NCBI GenBank assembly: GCA_013239625.1
Contig: MU056050.1
Span: 5,651,366-5,715,365, forward strand
Length of the DNA stretch: 64,000 nt
DNA from: Lama guanicoe
Lineage: Eukaryota
Reading direction: 5' to 3'
Below the pieces are notes generated by a model, which searched no databases, had not been told where the DNA came from, and saw only the letters and a program-made list of their open reading frames with translations. The position numbers were made by a program, and so were the translations under genes. Positions within the stretch are counted from its first letter, which is position 1; every line of letters starts with the position of its first letter. Positions 49,301 to 62,365 of this stretch are shown in pieces.

Positions 49301-52074
49301 CTTACTCAATACTTGCTTGATATGGAATTGTTTCCAGCTACCTATCATTTTCTCCTAAACCAGAAGCATCACTAAAATATCCCAATTAATTAAATACTGC
49401 ATTTAACTGCACTCTAGTGTTTGAGGTTTTAATGTGATTTTTCCATGAAAATATCTTCATCTAGGGACAGAGATATTCTCTAACTTAGACTCGACATTTT
49501 AACCAAGCAGTGACTAGTTTAATCACTAAGCAAGCCAAAGAAATATGTGAAAATATACTCATTGCAGTCTCAACCACAAATGCCAGCACATTTAGAAAAA
49601 CTTCTCTAAGGAGAAAAAGTCCTACCTGTTATACTATCTTGTCCTTTCCTTCAGCTTTAAGTCTGTCTGTTGATCTGGAGTTATGGTTCAACAAAGCAGA
49701 AGTCACGTTTGTTGTACGAGTCACTGAGATCAAGTATAGCTCATGTCACAATGGGTAGAAAACAATAAAATCCTAACCTGCTGTAACCAGGGGGAAATGC
49801 CAAAGAGTCTTCACTAAGGGACGCTATGGCTTCCAAGCTTTGGACATTACAACTTAGATCCAGTGTGGAAGTTAGTTTCTCCATCACAATAAGTGGACAA
49901 TTTAAAACACTTTCCATCTTCACAGTGCAGACAAGGGCAGCTTCATAGAAAACACCAAATACTCACAGGAGAGAAATAGAAAGCCAAAGGGCCAAAGAAA
50001 CATACAAGGAATGATTCCCAATGTAATATATAACACACAAGAGGCATTTCAGAGAGGATCTGTGGTTCTTTAGGAATAAAACTGATCAGTACTCTGAACT
50101 GAAAATGATTTTTGGAGCAAGAGTTTAATCAGAGGCTAAAATAGGGGGCCCTAGTATAGAACACCCCCAGGGCAGAGCAGCACAGGGCAAGAACAGCTTC
50201 AGGCACTCTGACAAACATCAGAAGAACTTGGACAACTCCAGAATTTAAAAAGTGCGGATCAGATGAGAACATAGAAATGTTTGTACCTTCAAATGGCTAA
50301 AGCCTTAAAAAAAATTCCTTCTATAGGGAAATTATTCATATCAGAAAACTACCTCTTATCATTTACAGAATACTGTATGTACACAGAATGCTGTATGCAA
50401 AATTTCCACTTAGGGAATTGTCATCCCATTGTGTTTACTTACTCCAGCTAAACTTTTTGTCATCTCCTAAAGTTCTGTGTTAAAGAAACCCCGTAGAATT
50501 TTTTATGGAGAGTTATCTAGGATGGTCAATCCCACTTGATTATTGCAATCAAGGTTCTGGCATCCAGAGTAGCTGACAAGTTAAGCAACACCCTTACACA
50601 AAAAGACTTTAACAATGGTTTGCACGCCTGGGTATGCTACGCATTTCACAAGTATGTTACTGACACTTGAGACACAGGACAAATAGGTAACAAGACTATG
50701 TCATATCTGAGAGGAAAAGCAACCCTTCCTAATACTTGCACTAGATGAGATGTCTTTTTCTTCACTTGCACTGCAATTATTTTTGGAGAGATTTTGAGAA
50801 GTCTCTAGGATAAAGAAGAGAAAAGAGGGTAAACATCTTGGGACCCTAGCTGATAAAAGAAATAGGTTTTCATCTCTGTGACAGTAATATGGACTTCAGA
50901 GAACACATTTGTTTTTAATCCTAAATCACTCAACTGACTCTGGGCCTTTATTCAATACCATAATAATCACCTTATATAATCATGTTTTCCTTTCCTACTC
51001 CATTAGCACCATCCAAGGGAAGGAAATAAGATTCATCTAAAGGTGTTATACAATCTGTACACAATTGTGAGTTCCTTTCAGTATGTTGCGACAGATGAGG
51101 TACAAAACATCTCTGCTCTATCCAACCTCATTTTCAGAAAAATGGTTGTGAAATTAAATATGACAGGGGGAAAGAAAGAAAGAAAAGACAGATAATTACT
51201 AAGCAGACTGTTGGATTTCTGTGCTCATGGAAAAAAAAACAAGAAATCAAGAGAAGTAAAAAGTCATTTCTCAATGACCAAGAAAGAGGATCTGTTTTGA
51301 AAAGTATTTAGAAATAAGACTGGGGGATAATAGGAGGTCCTTCCATTTCTACTTTGCTTCACAATTTGTAACATTCAATGGATTGACAACCCCTTTATAT
51401 TTTATTCCCAGTCCACTCTTTCCCATCAGTGTATGTGCACCATGAAAGGTAGACCTACGATCTCCTACATAGATCATAATGTTTTGAGTTTTCTCCATTT
51501 CTCCAGAGATAACAATGGATATAATGCAGAAAGAAATGTGTGATGCACATATACGTTCACCTGTTTGCATATTCTTGATCCCACTTGTCTTCTCTTAAAT
51601 GAACTCATCTTCTAAACACCAAATACTTTGTTCTAAGCTCTTCTAAGTTTGCAATAGTATACACGTAGTTGCCCACTCCCTTCTATAAATGTTCACATCC
51701 CAGCAGAGTATCATGTCATCTTCAATCTCCTTCCAATTCACTGACAACTAATCCTCTTCATTCACATAGTTTTCTCTCTATTCCACCATGTCGGTTATTG
51801 TCAATCTCATTTACCTCATCATTCGAAATTGACACTTTGAAGACAGCTTTGACTCCATCCTCTAATCCATCTATAATACACATGATTCATTCAATCCAAC
51901 CAATAATTCTAACAAGATGCTTCTCTCTCCAATTTGTTCCTTATGCCTCCTTTCCACTGTCACTTATCTAGTCTTCACATTATGTATCTAGTCTTCACAA
52001 CATTATCAGATTATCTTAACAACCTTCTATTTGCTTTTCTTATTTCACAGAAAGGATCATTTAGTTCAACCTCC

Positions 52075-52225
52075 ACTTCTGCATTTTTTTTTCAGCAAAT
52101 GAGAAATCTGAGCCCCAAAGAGGATAAGGGCTCAAAATGCCACAGCTAATCATAATCAGAGTCAAGGGCAAAAGTCAGATTTCCTAACGCTTAGTCAAGG
52201 TTGGTTGTTTTTTTTTTTTACCATG
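52075..52225 (-). mobile_element. MIR fragment
   Basis: 'ttcagcaaatgagaaatctgagccccaaagaggataag'. Confidence 0.65.
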
Positions 52226-53149
52226 ACATCATGCGTCTCTGGCCCTACACCAACCACAGAACATCCTGCATGAAACTGCCTACCTAATCTGTCTTAGACT
52301 TTCATTTTCATTAAACTATTCCACCTTTCAAAACCTTTGTATGGTATCCTGTTTCTCATTAAACCAATCTACTCTGATTAGCATTGAAATTCTATCTCAA
52401 ACCCACTTTCTCAAAAAAATATTTTCTGTGAATTCTTGCTTCACATGCATTGGGTCTAATTGGTGAGTAATAATAGGGAGTCACACACTGGCAACATAAA
52501 TGACGGTGATCTGTTGAGATGGACGCAAACTCTCATAGTAGTCCTTTCATTGTGTCTTCAAAAAATCCCACCCCTGTTTCAGGCCCACTTCCATTAGAAG
52601 GATCAGTCTTCTACAAGTTGCTATTTTCCAAGAAAGTAATATGAATGTTCTTTAAGTTTTAAATCTCTATTAAGGAAACTTGAAGCAGCATTCAGAGGCT
52701 GAGAGAAAACAGACTTGGAGTCAAGTATACCACTGAAAAGAACAGCAATGCCATAACTTTGCAAATCATTACCTCTAGAGCTAACAGAATAAATCAATTA
52801 AGAAAATAGATGAAAAATGTCGGAGGTAGCCACTCACAGAGTATCTTAACAAGAATAGAACTATTAATGCCCTGAAACTCACAGTTCTCACCTAGCCAAA
52901 GAGGCCTTTGAGGAGGGGCCAGGATCAGTGGGGGCACTGAGTAGAAGGAGGCGTAAGAGATAAAGGTACACCAGAAATTGACACATTGTAATTGACTATG
53001 CTTCAATTAAAAAAAGGAATAAAGTAAGGTGAAAATAGGTGACAAGGCATAGGAATGAAGGAACAAGAGGGTTCTGAATCTAAATGGCCGAAGGATGCCT
53101 ACCAACGTCCCAAATGAATGAATGCACGTAAAGGACAATAGCAGTAGCA

Positions 53150-53330
53150 CTGCTGTGTATGGACGACTTCACATTGTAAAAGATACTTTTCTATGAAGTA
53201 TCTCATCCTATTATCACAACAATTCTGTGAGGCAGTATTTGTTATTCGTTTATTAGAAATGAAAAGAAAAATGGAGGTTGTGAGTAGGTAACCTCTCTGA
53301 GGACACACAGCTTGAGCAAGGGTTTAAAGC
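53150..53330 (-). mobile_element. MIR fragment
   Basis: 'tatctcatcctattatcacaacaattctgtgaggcag'. Confidence 0.7.
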
Positions 53331-53359
53331 TCATCTTGATTTGTCATTAGCAATGCTAG

Positions 53360-53530
53360 AAACATGTGTAATTACTTGTTCTGTGACTGCCTTCTTACTA
53401 GCTTTTACATCCCATGAGGGCAGGAACCACATCTGTCTTGTTCACCATGATATCTCCAGTGCTTAGTACAGTGTCTGCCCCAAGGCAGGCTGTTTAAAAA
53501 TCTTTGCTGAACAAATGAAAGAACAAACAT
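53360..53530 (+). mobile_element. LINE-2 3' end
   Basis: 'cccatgaggcaggaaccacatctgtcttgttcacc...ccagtgcttagtacagtgtctg...ttgctgaacaaatgaa'. Confidence 0.8.
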
Positions 53531-54469
53531 GCATTGAAGGTTTCTTCATAGAAAGTAAATTATGAAGCACAATTTCAGTTTGAAAACCCCACCTAAGATT
53601 TGCGGTGACTTTATATTAGCGATAGAAATATATTGAAGATCCATTAATGTAGAGTTATTCATTGCCCTTACTAAAATCTCAAAGGAAATTTAATTTAAAA
53701 AATAATTCAATTGACAAACCACACTGTGTTCTGACTCAAGACGAATACCATTTGGTCTGTAAAACAATACTGACATGAGATTCAGAGTTATTTCCTGTTC
53801 CCTCAAATAAGTGATGTTACTCAGATGACTGTTCTCATAATTAATATTTTCTGTGAGTGAGTTCCATTTTCTTGGATTATGAATATACTTTACTCCATAT
53901 TATCTATCTCCACTGTAACTTAGGTTAACTCTTTCATGTTATATAATACCAGTGTTTGTTATTTTGTGATGATTGCAAAAATTCATAATGTAATTAAAAA
54001 TCGTAACAAATATTCAGCCTGAAGAAATGCAAGTTGTCTGACAATAATGAAATTAAACTAATTTTTATTAAGGTAAGGATTGGCGGAATCAATTTTAAAT
54101 TCACAAAGAAAATGTTTCATAGATTGTACATGCAAGAAATTTAGGAAAGAAATGAACATGGGGCTTAAATTTATTTCCCCTTTACCCACAGCCCTTCTCT
54201 TGCATTTCTGGTGTTTCAAATCAGCCTGGGACTTAGTGTCACCAAGGAACTGAGCAAACTGGACCAAGCCCTGGAGTACTAGTCTCACTCCACAACCCCA
54301 TGGTGCTTGAAAGAGTGAGTTTTAAAGAAAAAGGAATTAGAACTTGACTGTAACTCATTGCCCAGAAGGCCAAAATATAAATCAGTTAGAAAGGGCTTAG
54401 ATAAATTTATGAATGAGGAGTCCATAGAGGGGTAAGAGAAACCAAAGAGGAAGGATTACAATCTCAAAC

Positions 54470-54670
54470 CTTAAAATGGGAAAGGATCTCAGGAGAGCAT
54501 CTGCTCCAGCTGCCTGCCCCTCAGGCAGGTAAATATAAATCCCCACTTTGCTGATGAGGTAACTGAAACTTAAGGAATCTCTTGACCAAACCACACAGCC
54601 AGTCAAAACAAAAAGGACTTAGAAACCAGGATTCTTGAATCAAGGGGCAGCATACATTTTACTGTCCTGC
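54470..54670 (-). mobile_element. MIR fragment
   Basis: 'ccccactttgctgatgaggtaactgaaact...cttgaccaaaccacacagccagt...gacttagaaaccagg'. Confidence 0.7.
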
Positions 54671-55154
54671 CATATTGCTTCCCCCTCAATGAGATCCAAA
54701 GTGGGTCCTGATGCTGAGTCAGCCAGTGGTTTTATCTTTGGAGATTTTCATTTTGCTTTGGACCCTTTATCCATCTTTGTATTCATGTACCATGGCAACC
54801 TTAAAACAGGAGTTGTATCTTTCATAATTACCTTATTTAAATTAATATCATTCGATCTATACTCTAAATCTTATTTCTTCTGACAGATGCGATTTCATCA
54901 AAAATTAAAACTGAATTCCTGGTATATTAAAAGACTTCCAAGATTCATACAATGTTTAAATATCTGTATTCCGGGCTTAAATTCAGGCTGGACAACTGTT
55001 TGGAGTTTGTTATAATGATGTATCGTGAACATTTCAGTTTCAATTAGCAAGGAGAAAAAAATGCACTAGCATTGCCTATATACAGAATATTTTCCTTTGT
55101 ATGCATTCCACATGAATGGACGTTGATTAGTACAAACATACAACTTGCAGTCCA

Positions 55155-55350
55155 GAAGGCAATGTGGTAGAGTCAAGTGTCATAGAATCTGAGGACAACC
55201 TTTCCAATATAACCTAGTTTGTGATTTGGGACAAGTCATTTCATCTTTCTAAAACTCTGTTCAATAATGTAAAACTATAAAGGGATTGTAATATTTTCCT
55301 CCTTCCCAGCATGAAAATATGCTTCATAAACTGGGAAGTACTATACAAAT
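55155..55350 (+). mobile_element. MIR fragment
   Basis: 'aggcaatgtggtagagt...tagtttgtgatttgggacaagtcattt'. Confidence 0.7.
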
Positions 55351-56174
55351 GTGAAGAAATACTATTATCAGGGTATAACCCCCCAAACATACTCTCTCTC
55401 TTTATATATATAATATATGACTCTAATATGCATTTTCCTTTAAACTCTCTCTCTATATAATATATGACTCCATTTACCAATTGAATTTTCACAACAGAAA
55501 TCTATATAGGGTTGGTCCTTGAGACTTAATGATAAATAAGTTAATCTTGCCTTTTGCAAACCCATATAGATACCTAGTATTCTCAGGCTGTTCCCAACTG
55601 CCAAGACTCACCTCTGAAGACCAAGGAACCTAGGACTGTCTTCTCACTACCCTCTCTCCATCTCATGTTCAGGAGTCTCTCTCTCCTTTCATTCATAAAC
55701 CTTCCTGTTTTACAACCCCTTCTCCAGGGCCTTTCTCTCTGCTTTCCAAGGACAATGGAATAGTACCTAACACATATCTGCTCTGCTTTACCGATGGCTA
55801 ATAATGAGTCTCCGTCCCATTTGCAGGAGTTTCTCACATTGCTCCAGGCCTCCTAGATAGAGGATACTTTATGCCAAAGCAGTGACTCAGAATAAGGGAG
55901 TTTCAGACACTGAGGCAGAGTGACTACAAGATACCTTGGAGCCAGGAGTATTTTAGTTTCCCATATCACAGCCCAAAGATATGTCCTGAGCAAAGTCTAT
56001 TCTCATAAACACTTCTGACTTCCATGCAACACTACAGGCATCAAAGAATGTCAACTGTCTGTTAGTCCCATGAAGAGTCACTTTAAAGTGAATACTGAGG
56101 GTATACCTTGACATCACCAATTGTTTCTCTTATATACGAAAGCATTTGCTACTTAGGAGGTAACACAAAAACTA

Positions 56175-59100
56175 TATGTTTAAGTTACTATTGCTACAAA
56201 ACCAACTATCCCAAAACTTAATGGCATGAAATAGTGTGAATTTTACTATATCTCGTGAGTTCTGTAGGTCAGGAATTCAGTGAGGATGCAGCTGAGTGAT
56301 TCTCTGCTCCAGGTGTATCATCTGAGGTCACTTAGTGGTACTCAGCGGGAAGATTGCAGCCTCATGGGACCAAGATGACTGCACTTACGTATCTTGCATT
56401 TTATCAGAGTCTAGAGGCCGTGCTGAACTGGGACCGACAAGCGGAGCACCAAAAATGGAATCTGCAGCATTGTGGACTCAGGGTGGTGGGACTTCTTACA
56501 TGGCAGCAGACTTTCCCTAGACTGAGTGTCCCCAAAAACTATAAGGAAGCTACATTGCCTCTTAAGATCTAGACTCAGAAGTCACGTATTAAAGAAGTTA
56601 TAAGCCAACCTGATTCAAGGGAAGGAGACATAGATTCTTCCCTCCCATATCAGGAATAGCAGTAAAGATGCTTGAGATAATTTCTATCTTCTTAAAATTG
56701 TTGAGGCTTCTTTGGTGCCCAAGTACATGATCAATCCTAGGAAATGTTCCATGTGCACTTGAAAAGAATGTATATCCTATTTTGGGGGGGGGGTGTAACG
56801 CTCTGAAAATATCCACCAAATCTAATTTTTCTATTGTATTATTTAATTTCTCTGTTGCCTTATTTATTTTCTGTCTCGAAGATATGTCTAGTGATGTTAA
56901 TGCGGAGTTAAAATCTCCAACAATGATTGTATTCCCATCATTACCCCCTTTATCGCTGTTAGTAACTGTTTTATGTACTTAGGTGCTCCTATATTGGGTG
57001 CATATATATTAACGAGTGTAAAATTCTCATCTTGTATTACTCCTTTAATCATTATGAAATGTCCTTCTTTATCTTTCTTTATGGCCTTTGTTTTAAAGTC
57101 TATTTTGTCTGAAATCAGTACTGCTACACCTGCTTTTTTTGCTTTTCCATTTGCATGGAAAAATCCTTTTCCATCCTTTCACTCTCAATCTATATGTGTC
57201 CTTCTCCCTAAAGTGGGTCTCTTGTATGCAGCGTATTGAAGGTTCTTGCTTTATTATCCAGTCTGCCACTCTGTGTCTTTTGACTGGAGCATTCAGTCCA
57301 TTAGCATTTACAGTAATGAATGATAGATGCATGTTTATTGCCATTTTGAACTTATCTTTGCAGTTGATTTGGTATTTCCTCTTTGTTCCTTTCTTCTTCC
57401 TTTTGTGGTTCGGTAATTTTCCTTTGTATTATCATGGATTTCATTTAGTTTTTGTGACTCCCTTGTAAGTTTCTGGCTTGTGGTTACCCTTTTTTATAAG
57501 TCTATTAGCCCATTATTATAACTGTTTTTATTAAACAGATAGTAATATGAATAGCAAAGAATTTGGAACCATTTGGAGCCATAATGCACTCTTTGGATAA
57601 GAATGATTTCTATTCCTCATGAATGCAAAATATACTCACCTCCTCCCAATACTCCTTAAGTGTTGTATCCAATCTAGGCATCGGGCTGAGGTGTAAAGTC
57701 CAGGACTTTGTCATCTTCATCAGGTCCAAGCGAAGAGGAGGCTCCTGGGATTCAGTTCCTCAGACATGGGTCCTTTCAATGTGAAAATCTATGAAAGGAG
57801 ACAAGTTACCTTCCACTCAATGAAAAACAGTGTGCAGACATAATAGGAATAGATACTTCCATTTAAAGAGATGGGGGTATGAAGCACACAGCAATTCTAG
57901 GTTCAAGAGAATTCTGAAATCCAAAATCTCCATATACTTTATTAGGGTCCATTTTACTCCCTGTCTCTTGACTCCAACTCCCTAGAGTCTTGGTTCTGCC
58001 CTGAGTCACTTTTCCTTTTTCATAAACAGTCACCTATGTTTGGAGCTGAGCAGTTTTCTCAGTGGATTTATTTCCTGATCATAGATGTTTTACATCCAAG
58101 GCTCTCTTTTAATTTTATATTTTCTCTGTCCTTTTCAGTCCAAGCTGATATAATTGTTTCTGCAACTTTGCTAACTTCGTATTTATTGATTTCTTATCCA
58201 TTCCATTAGACAGAAGTCATACCCCCAAATTATTTCATGATAAGCCTTTCAAATATGTTGTGTTCTCTGTGAAGCTGAATCCTTGGAAAGCCTTTTGTCT
58301 GTCTTAAAGGGTCTGATGCCAAGCCTTAAGTCTTTTCTAAGATTTAACAAAGACCTTTAAGGCCCCACCCTTAGCTTCGTGTTTTGCCCCAAAATCGTAT
58401 TTCTTGGATTTGATCTTTGCCTTGAAGTCCTTTCTTAGTATGAGAATCTTCTACTAGTATCGACTGGAGATGAGAAATAGTTTTATTTTTGAATCCATTA
58501 AGTTCTGGCTCTATAGTATGTCTTCTAAACATTTCTTGAGAACTAAAGAATTCTTTTTTCAGTTTATTTCTATTTATATTGTATGATATACTACTAAAAG
58601 GAACCACTTGATACCCTCAACATTCTTGCATGGAAATCTCTTTAGCCAGAATCATCAGTTCAGGTATGTTTCCATTTGTTTTGTTAAACTTTCTGCCACC
58701 GCATACTAACAGGTCTCCTTTCCTCTAGCTTCCAACAGCGTTTTCCTTTAAGCTCTAGCATCCTCCTGAGGCACAGCAAAGCTTCCCCAACAGTCTCCTC
58801 AATGTCCTTCTAGTTTCCATCTGCTGCCTGGACCCGAAAACATGCTAGGGGTTTTCAGCGTTATCCCGTTACCCTAGTACTAAGATCTCTTCTAGTTACT
58901 ACTACTGCCTACCACACTCTGTAAAACAAAGTTACTTAAAACAACAGCCATTCTATTATATTTCATGGATCCTGTAGGTGAGAAACTTGGACAAGCCTGG
59001 CTGAACAATACTTCTGCTTCTCAAGGCATCAAATGGGCTTCTTCAGTGGTACTAAGCAGGTATATGGGGTGGGCTACACGGTCGAAGACAGCTTTACCCT

Positions 59101-59391
59101 TTCACTCACACACCTGTGCCTTGTGGAGATGTCTGGAAGGCTGGATTCAACTGATACCAGAGCACCAAGGTTCTTACAAGGCTTGCCTCAGAGTGTTCCA
59201 GGAGAAACGGGCAGAGCTAGGTTGCTTTTCAAACGCAGCCTCCACGGCCATATAGCATACCTTTCTTTCACCAAGCTCCGCTGTTCAGAGCAGTCACAAG
59301 GCCATCCAGACTCAAGGGAAGGAAAGCTAGTTCCCAGGTCTCCATGTGAGGAAGGCCAAAGAATCTGTGGCCATGTTTTAAAACTACTATA
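56175..59391 (-). mobile_element. Complete MaLR provirus (MLT1 LTR, internal region, LTR)
   Basis: Related LTRs at ~56175-57585 (split by an L1 piece) and ~58890-59391, both ending 'caaagaat(t/c)tg..cca'; internal region 57590-58890 with 'atgcaaaatatactcacctcctcccaa...aaagtccagga...tcaggtcca' typical of MLT1-int. Confidence 0.85.
56662..57548 (-). mobile_element. Internal fragment of young L1 (inter-ORF plus endonuclease domain), no 3'UTR or poly(A), 8-bp TSD
   Basis: 'MAINMHLSFITVNANGLNAPVKRHRV' closely matches 31296 onward; flanked by gaatagca at 56654-56661 and 57549-57556. Confidence 0.95.
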
Positions 59392-59424
59392 TTCTATAAT
59401 CTGTTACACTCCTTTCAGATTGGT

Positions 59425-59615
59425 AAAGATAGTAATAACCGTGAGATTGTATTGAAAATTCCTTATATTCCAGACACTAGTCTAAATACATGCATTGTCT
59501 CATTGAATCTATACGAAACCTCTATGAGATGAAAAGTGCTGCTCTCCCAATTTCAGATGAGGAAACTGAAGGACAAAGAGGATAAACAACTTGTCCAAGA
59601 TCCCCCAGTTTACAG
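59425..59615 (-). mobile_element. MIR SINE
   Basis: 'cccaatttcagatgaggaaactgaaggacaaagaggataaacaacttgtccaagatc'. Confidence 0.85.
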
Positions 59616-59999
59616 CTGACAACACCAATTAGCAAGATACACTTAGATATACTTAGATCAACCTATACAGCTTATGCCTTCCTTCTTGTAATTTCATGCC
59701 AAGAGATCACTGATATACAATGTGCTCGCAAATTACATCAAAATGTAAATCAGGAAGAAAATTTAATAACGTTCCCTCATAACCAAGCAATATTCTGTTA
59801 TTGCAACAAATGAGAAAATGAAAGAAAAAAGTGAGATATTACAGTGACTGGAAATAAATGTGAAGAATTTATCACTTTATATGCTTCAGGATGGTAGAGG
59901 AAGAGTTTAGGGACAGTGATACTGTTAGTCAGGTTTCATTTATTAAGAAAAAGACAAAATAAAGTAATGGAATGTCAATAATTGTAAATTCTAAGAAGA

Positions 60000-60435
60000 A
60001 TTTATGTGAGGATAGTTGATATAGTTTTTAATTACTCAAAATGATAATTGAAAGAATTAAAGTCTCCAATAGTGCCAACACCTAGAGAAAATCACTTTAA
60101 ATATTTCGGTGCATATTTATCCAATCATTACGAACTATACACACACACACGAACAAACACAAACTCATTCTAGATACTGTTTCTAACCTGTATTTGTCAC
60201 TTAACAATATGCATGAACATATTTTCCCATTTTCAATACTATTTGTACTGGTGTCAGAGTATTTGTACATGATGCCCCATTAATACTGAACATTTAGAAT
60301 TTTTCAGTATAAATAATGCTTATGTGAACATTCTTTCAACTTGAATCTTCATCCACATAGCCATGATTATTTGATTAGCATAAATTCCTCAAAGTAGAAT
60401 CACATGGGAAAATGATATGCAAGTTTTCCAAGTTT
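60000..60435 (-). mobile_element. Ancient L1 (L1ME-like) 3' fragment
   Basis: 'tcacttaacaatat', 'gaacatttag', 'ataaataatgcttatgtgaacattc', 'ataaattcctcaaagtagaatc'. Confidence 0.65.
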
Positions 60436-62004
60436 TATATCATATAAAAGCAGATTATAAATAATTAGTGTCTATATATACACATATATGAGTGTGTATC
60501 TGTTTGCACACACACACACACGCATGTAGAGAGAAAGAGGGGGAGAGAGAGAGAAAGAAAAGCAATTTCCTCAAAGTTTCCTGTTTTACCTTTTGGAGGA
60601 CTCAAATTATTCATATGTCACACTGCTTCAAGTTAGGTACCTGCAGTGTTGGCCTCTGACTCTCAGAAAGGGCTTCCCCATGGGAAAGGCAAGCCTTGAA
60701 GAAAAGAGGCCTTAATAAAATAAGACCCCAAAGCTAAAGAGCTCTGTGTCCAGATCTACTGCCTTGTCATAAAATAATTGGCTCATTAACTAGCCAGCCT
60801 GGCCTAGTCCCATTATCAAAGGCAAATCGGAGAATAGGCTGTGGGATCACATACTCTCCCGACATACCAATTATTCTCTGGATACAGTGCTGTGAAGACA
60901 GTGTACTTTGATACTGGGGAAATGTTAAGTGCACTTTAGGCCCTATGCTGTGATCTAGGCACACACAAACAATGGGAAGGGATACAGGATATGATAAAGG
61001 GAGGTGGCACTGAGAGGCATGGCACAAAAAAGGAAAAGGAACAAGAGCTTATTAAGGCCAGGACAAAGGTTTGGGCCCTCTCTTTTTATCTGTGTAATTT
61101 TTGAGTTCATTTGAGTGGGTTTCGAGAGAGGGTCATTGGTGATCTGAATGGACACAAATTCTGTGCTTAGGGAGATAACTGCCATCAAGGAAACTACCTC
61201 TGTCAGTAAGCAGGATCTTTTACCTTGCATCCCCAAATGCCACTCACCGCTTATCACCTTGCACCCCAAGTCAGAACTGGAAAATGATGACAAAGAAACG
61301 ATACAAAGGCAATGGACTTACAGGGCTGCATACCTAAAGAACCCTCCTCTTTCAGCCACAGAACCTGCTGTCTGAGGCACATGGAAGGCAGTAGACAAAA
61401 TCAGATTAAAGGAGAAGTGAGCAGGGAATTGCCCTGACACTCACTTATAAGAGATGCTCAAATATAAATGGAATACATTGACTAGTGTAAACTCTTCATA
61501 CCCCAACAAGTTAGATAAGAACTTTAGGTGGAATTTAGAAAACGAAACCAAAATCTTCATCCATCCTTTTCTACAGATCTATCCCTGTTGACTGACTGTG
61601 TCTATCGAGTCATACAACTAGTACGACTCAGTTAAAACAGAAATATTGGTCTTCAGACTTCTATTCCAGGGCTCTTTTCACTGCACTGTGTGGGTTCTCT
61701 AAAACAACATACATTTGTTATCAAGTTAGCTTTCAAACCACCAAGTGGAGAATGAACGGGAAAGGTTATATTTTACTTATTATCCCCACTGTCTTATTTT
61801 CCAATATATACACTTGATTTGAACTTTTGAAGTAAATCATTCTCTTTACATCACACCCTGACAAACACAAGGAACCCCTGAATTCTTTCTTTGCAGTCAT
61901 ACCCTTCCTATGTTACATGTTATCAGTACATCTTTAGCTATGCCTTGTTTTATCCTTTGTCGGGAAAGTACAGACTTTGGAGTCAGGTATCAGTTCAAAT
62001 TCTA

Positions 62005-62365
62005 GCTAAATAAAATGTGTTTCATCCATGCAGTAGAATATTATGTATTCTTTACAAATTATGATGTAGCTACCTCCTAGAAATCTATGAACTGATATGG
62101 AAGAGCATATATAATATATTGTACAAGGAAAGGCAGATATCACATCAATGTACATAGTATGTTATGATTTGCATTTTGAAATATATGCATGAATATTATA
62201 TACAGAGAGAGGACAATTGCTGAAAGAACAGATGCCAAAATATGAACAGTTGTCAGTTTGGGCGACAAAAGTAGGAGCAGTATTAATTAATTTTCCTTTC
62301 ACATGTCTGTTTTGTATATCTATCTGTGTCACTATCATGATTTACTTGTATAAATTGTTTTCATT
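62005..62365 (+). mobile_element. Ancient L1 (L1ME-like) 3' fragment
   Basis: 'aaataaaatgtgtttcatccatgcagtagaatattatg...actgatatggaagag'. Confidence 0.6.

Noticed and set aside
55390..55472. Short local duplications (also 51965-51999 and 59635-59658)
   Set aside because: Ordinary slippage products in low-complexity DNA.
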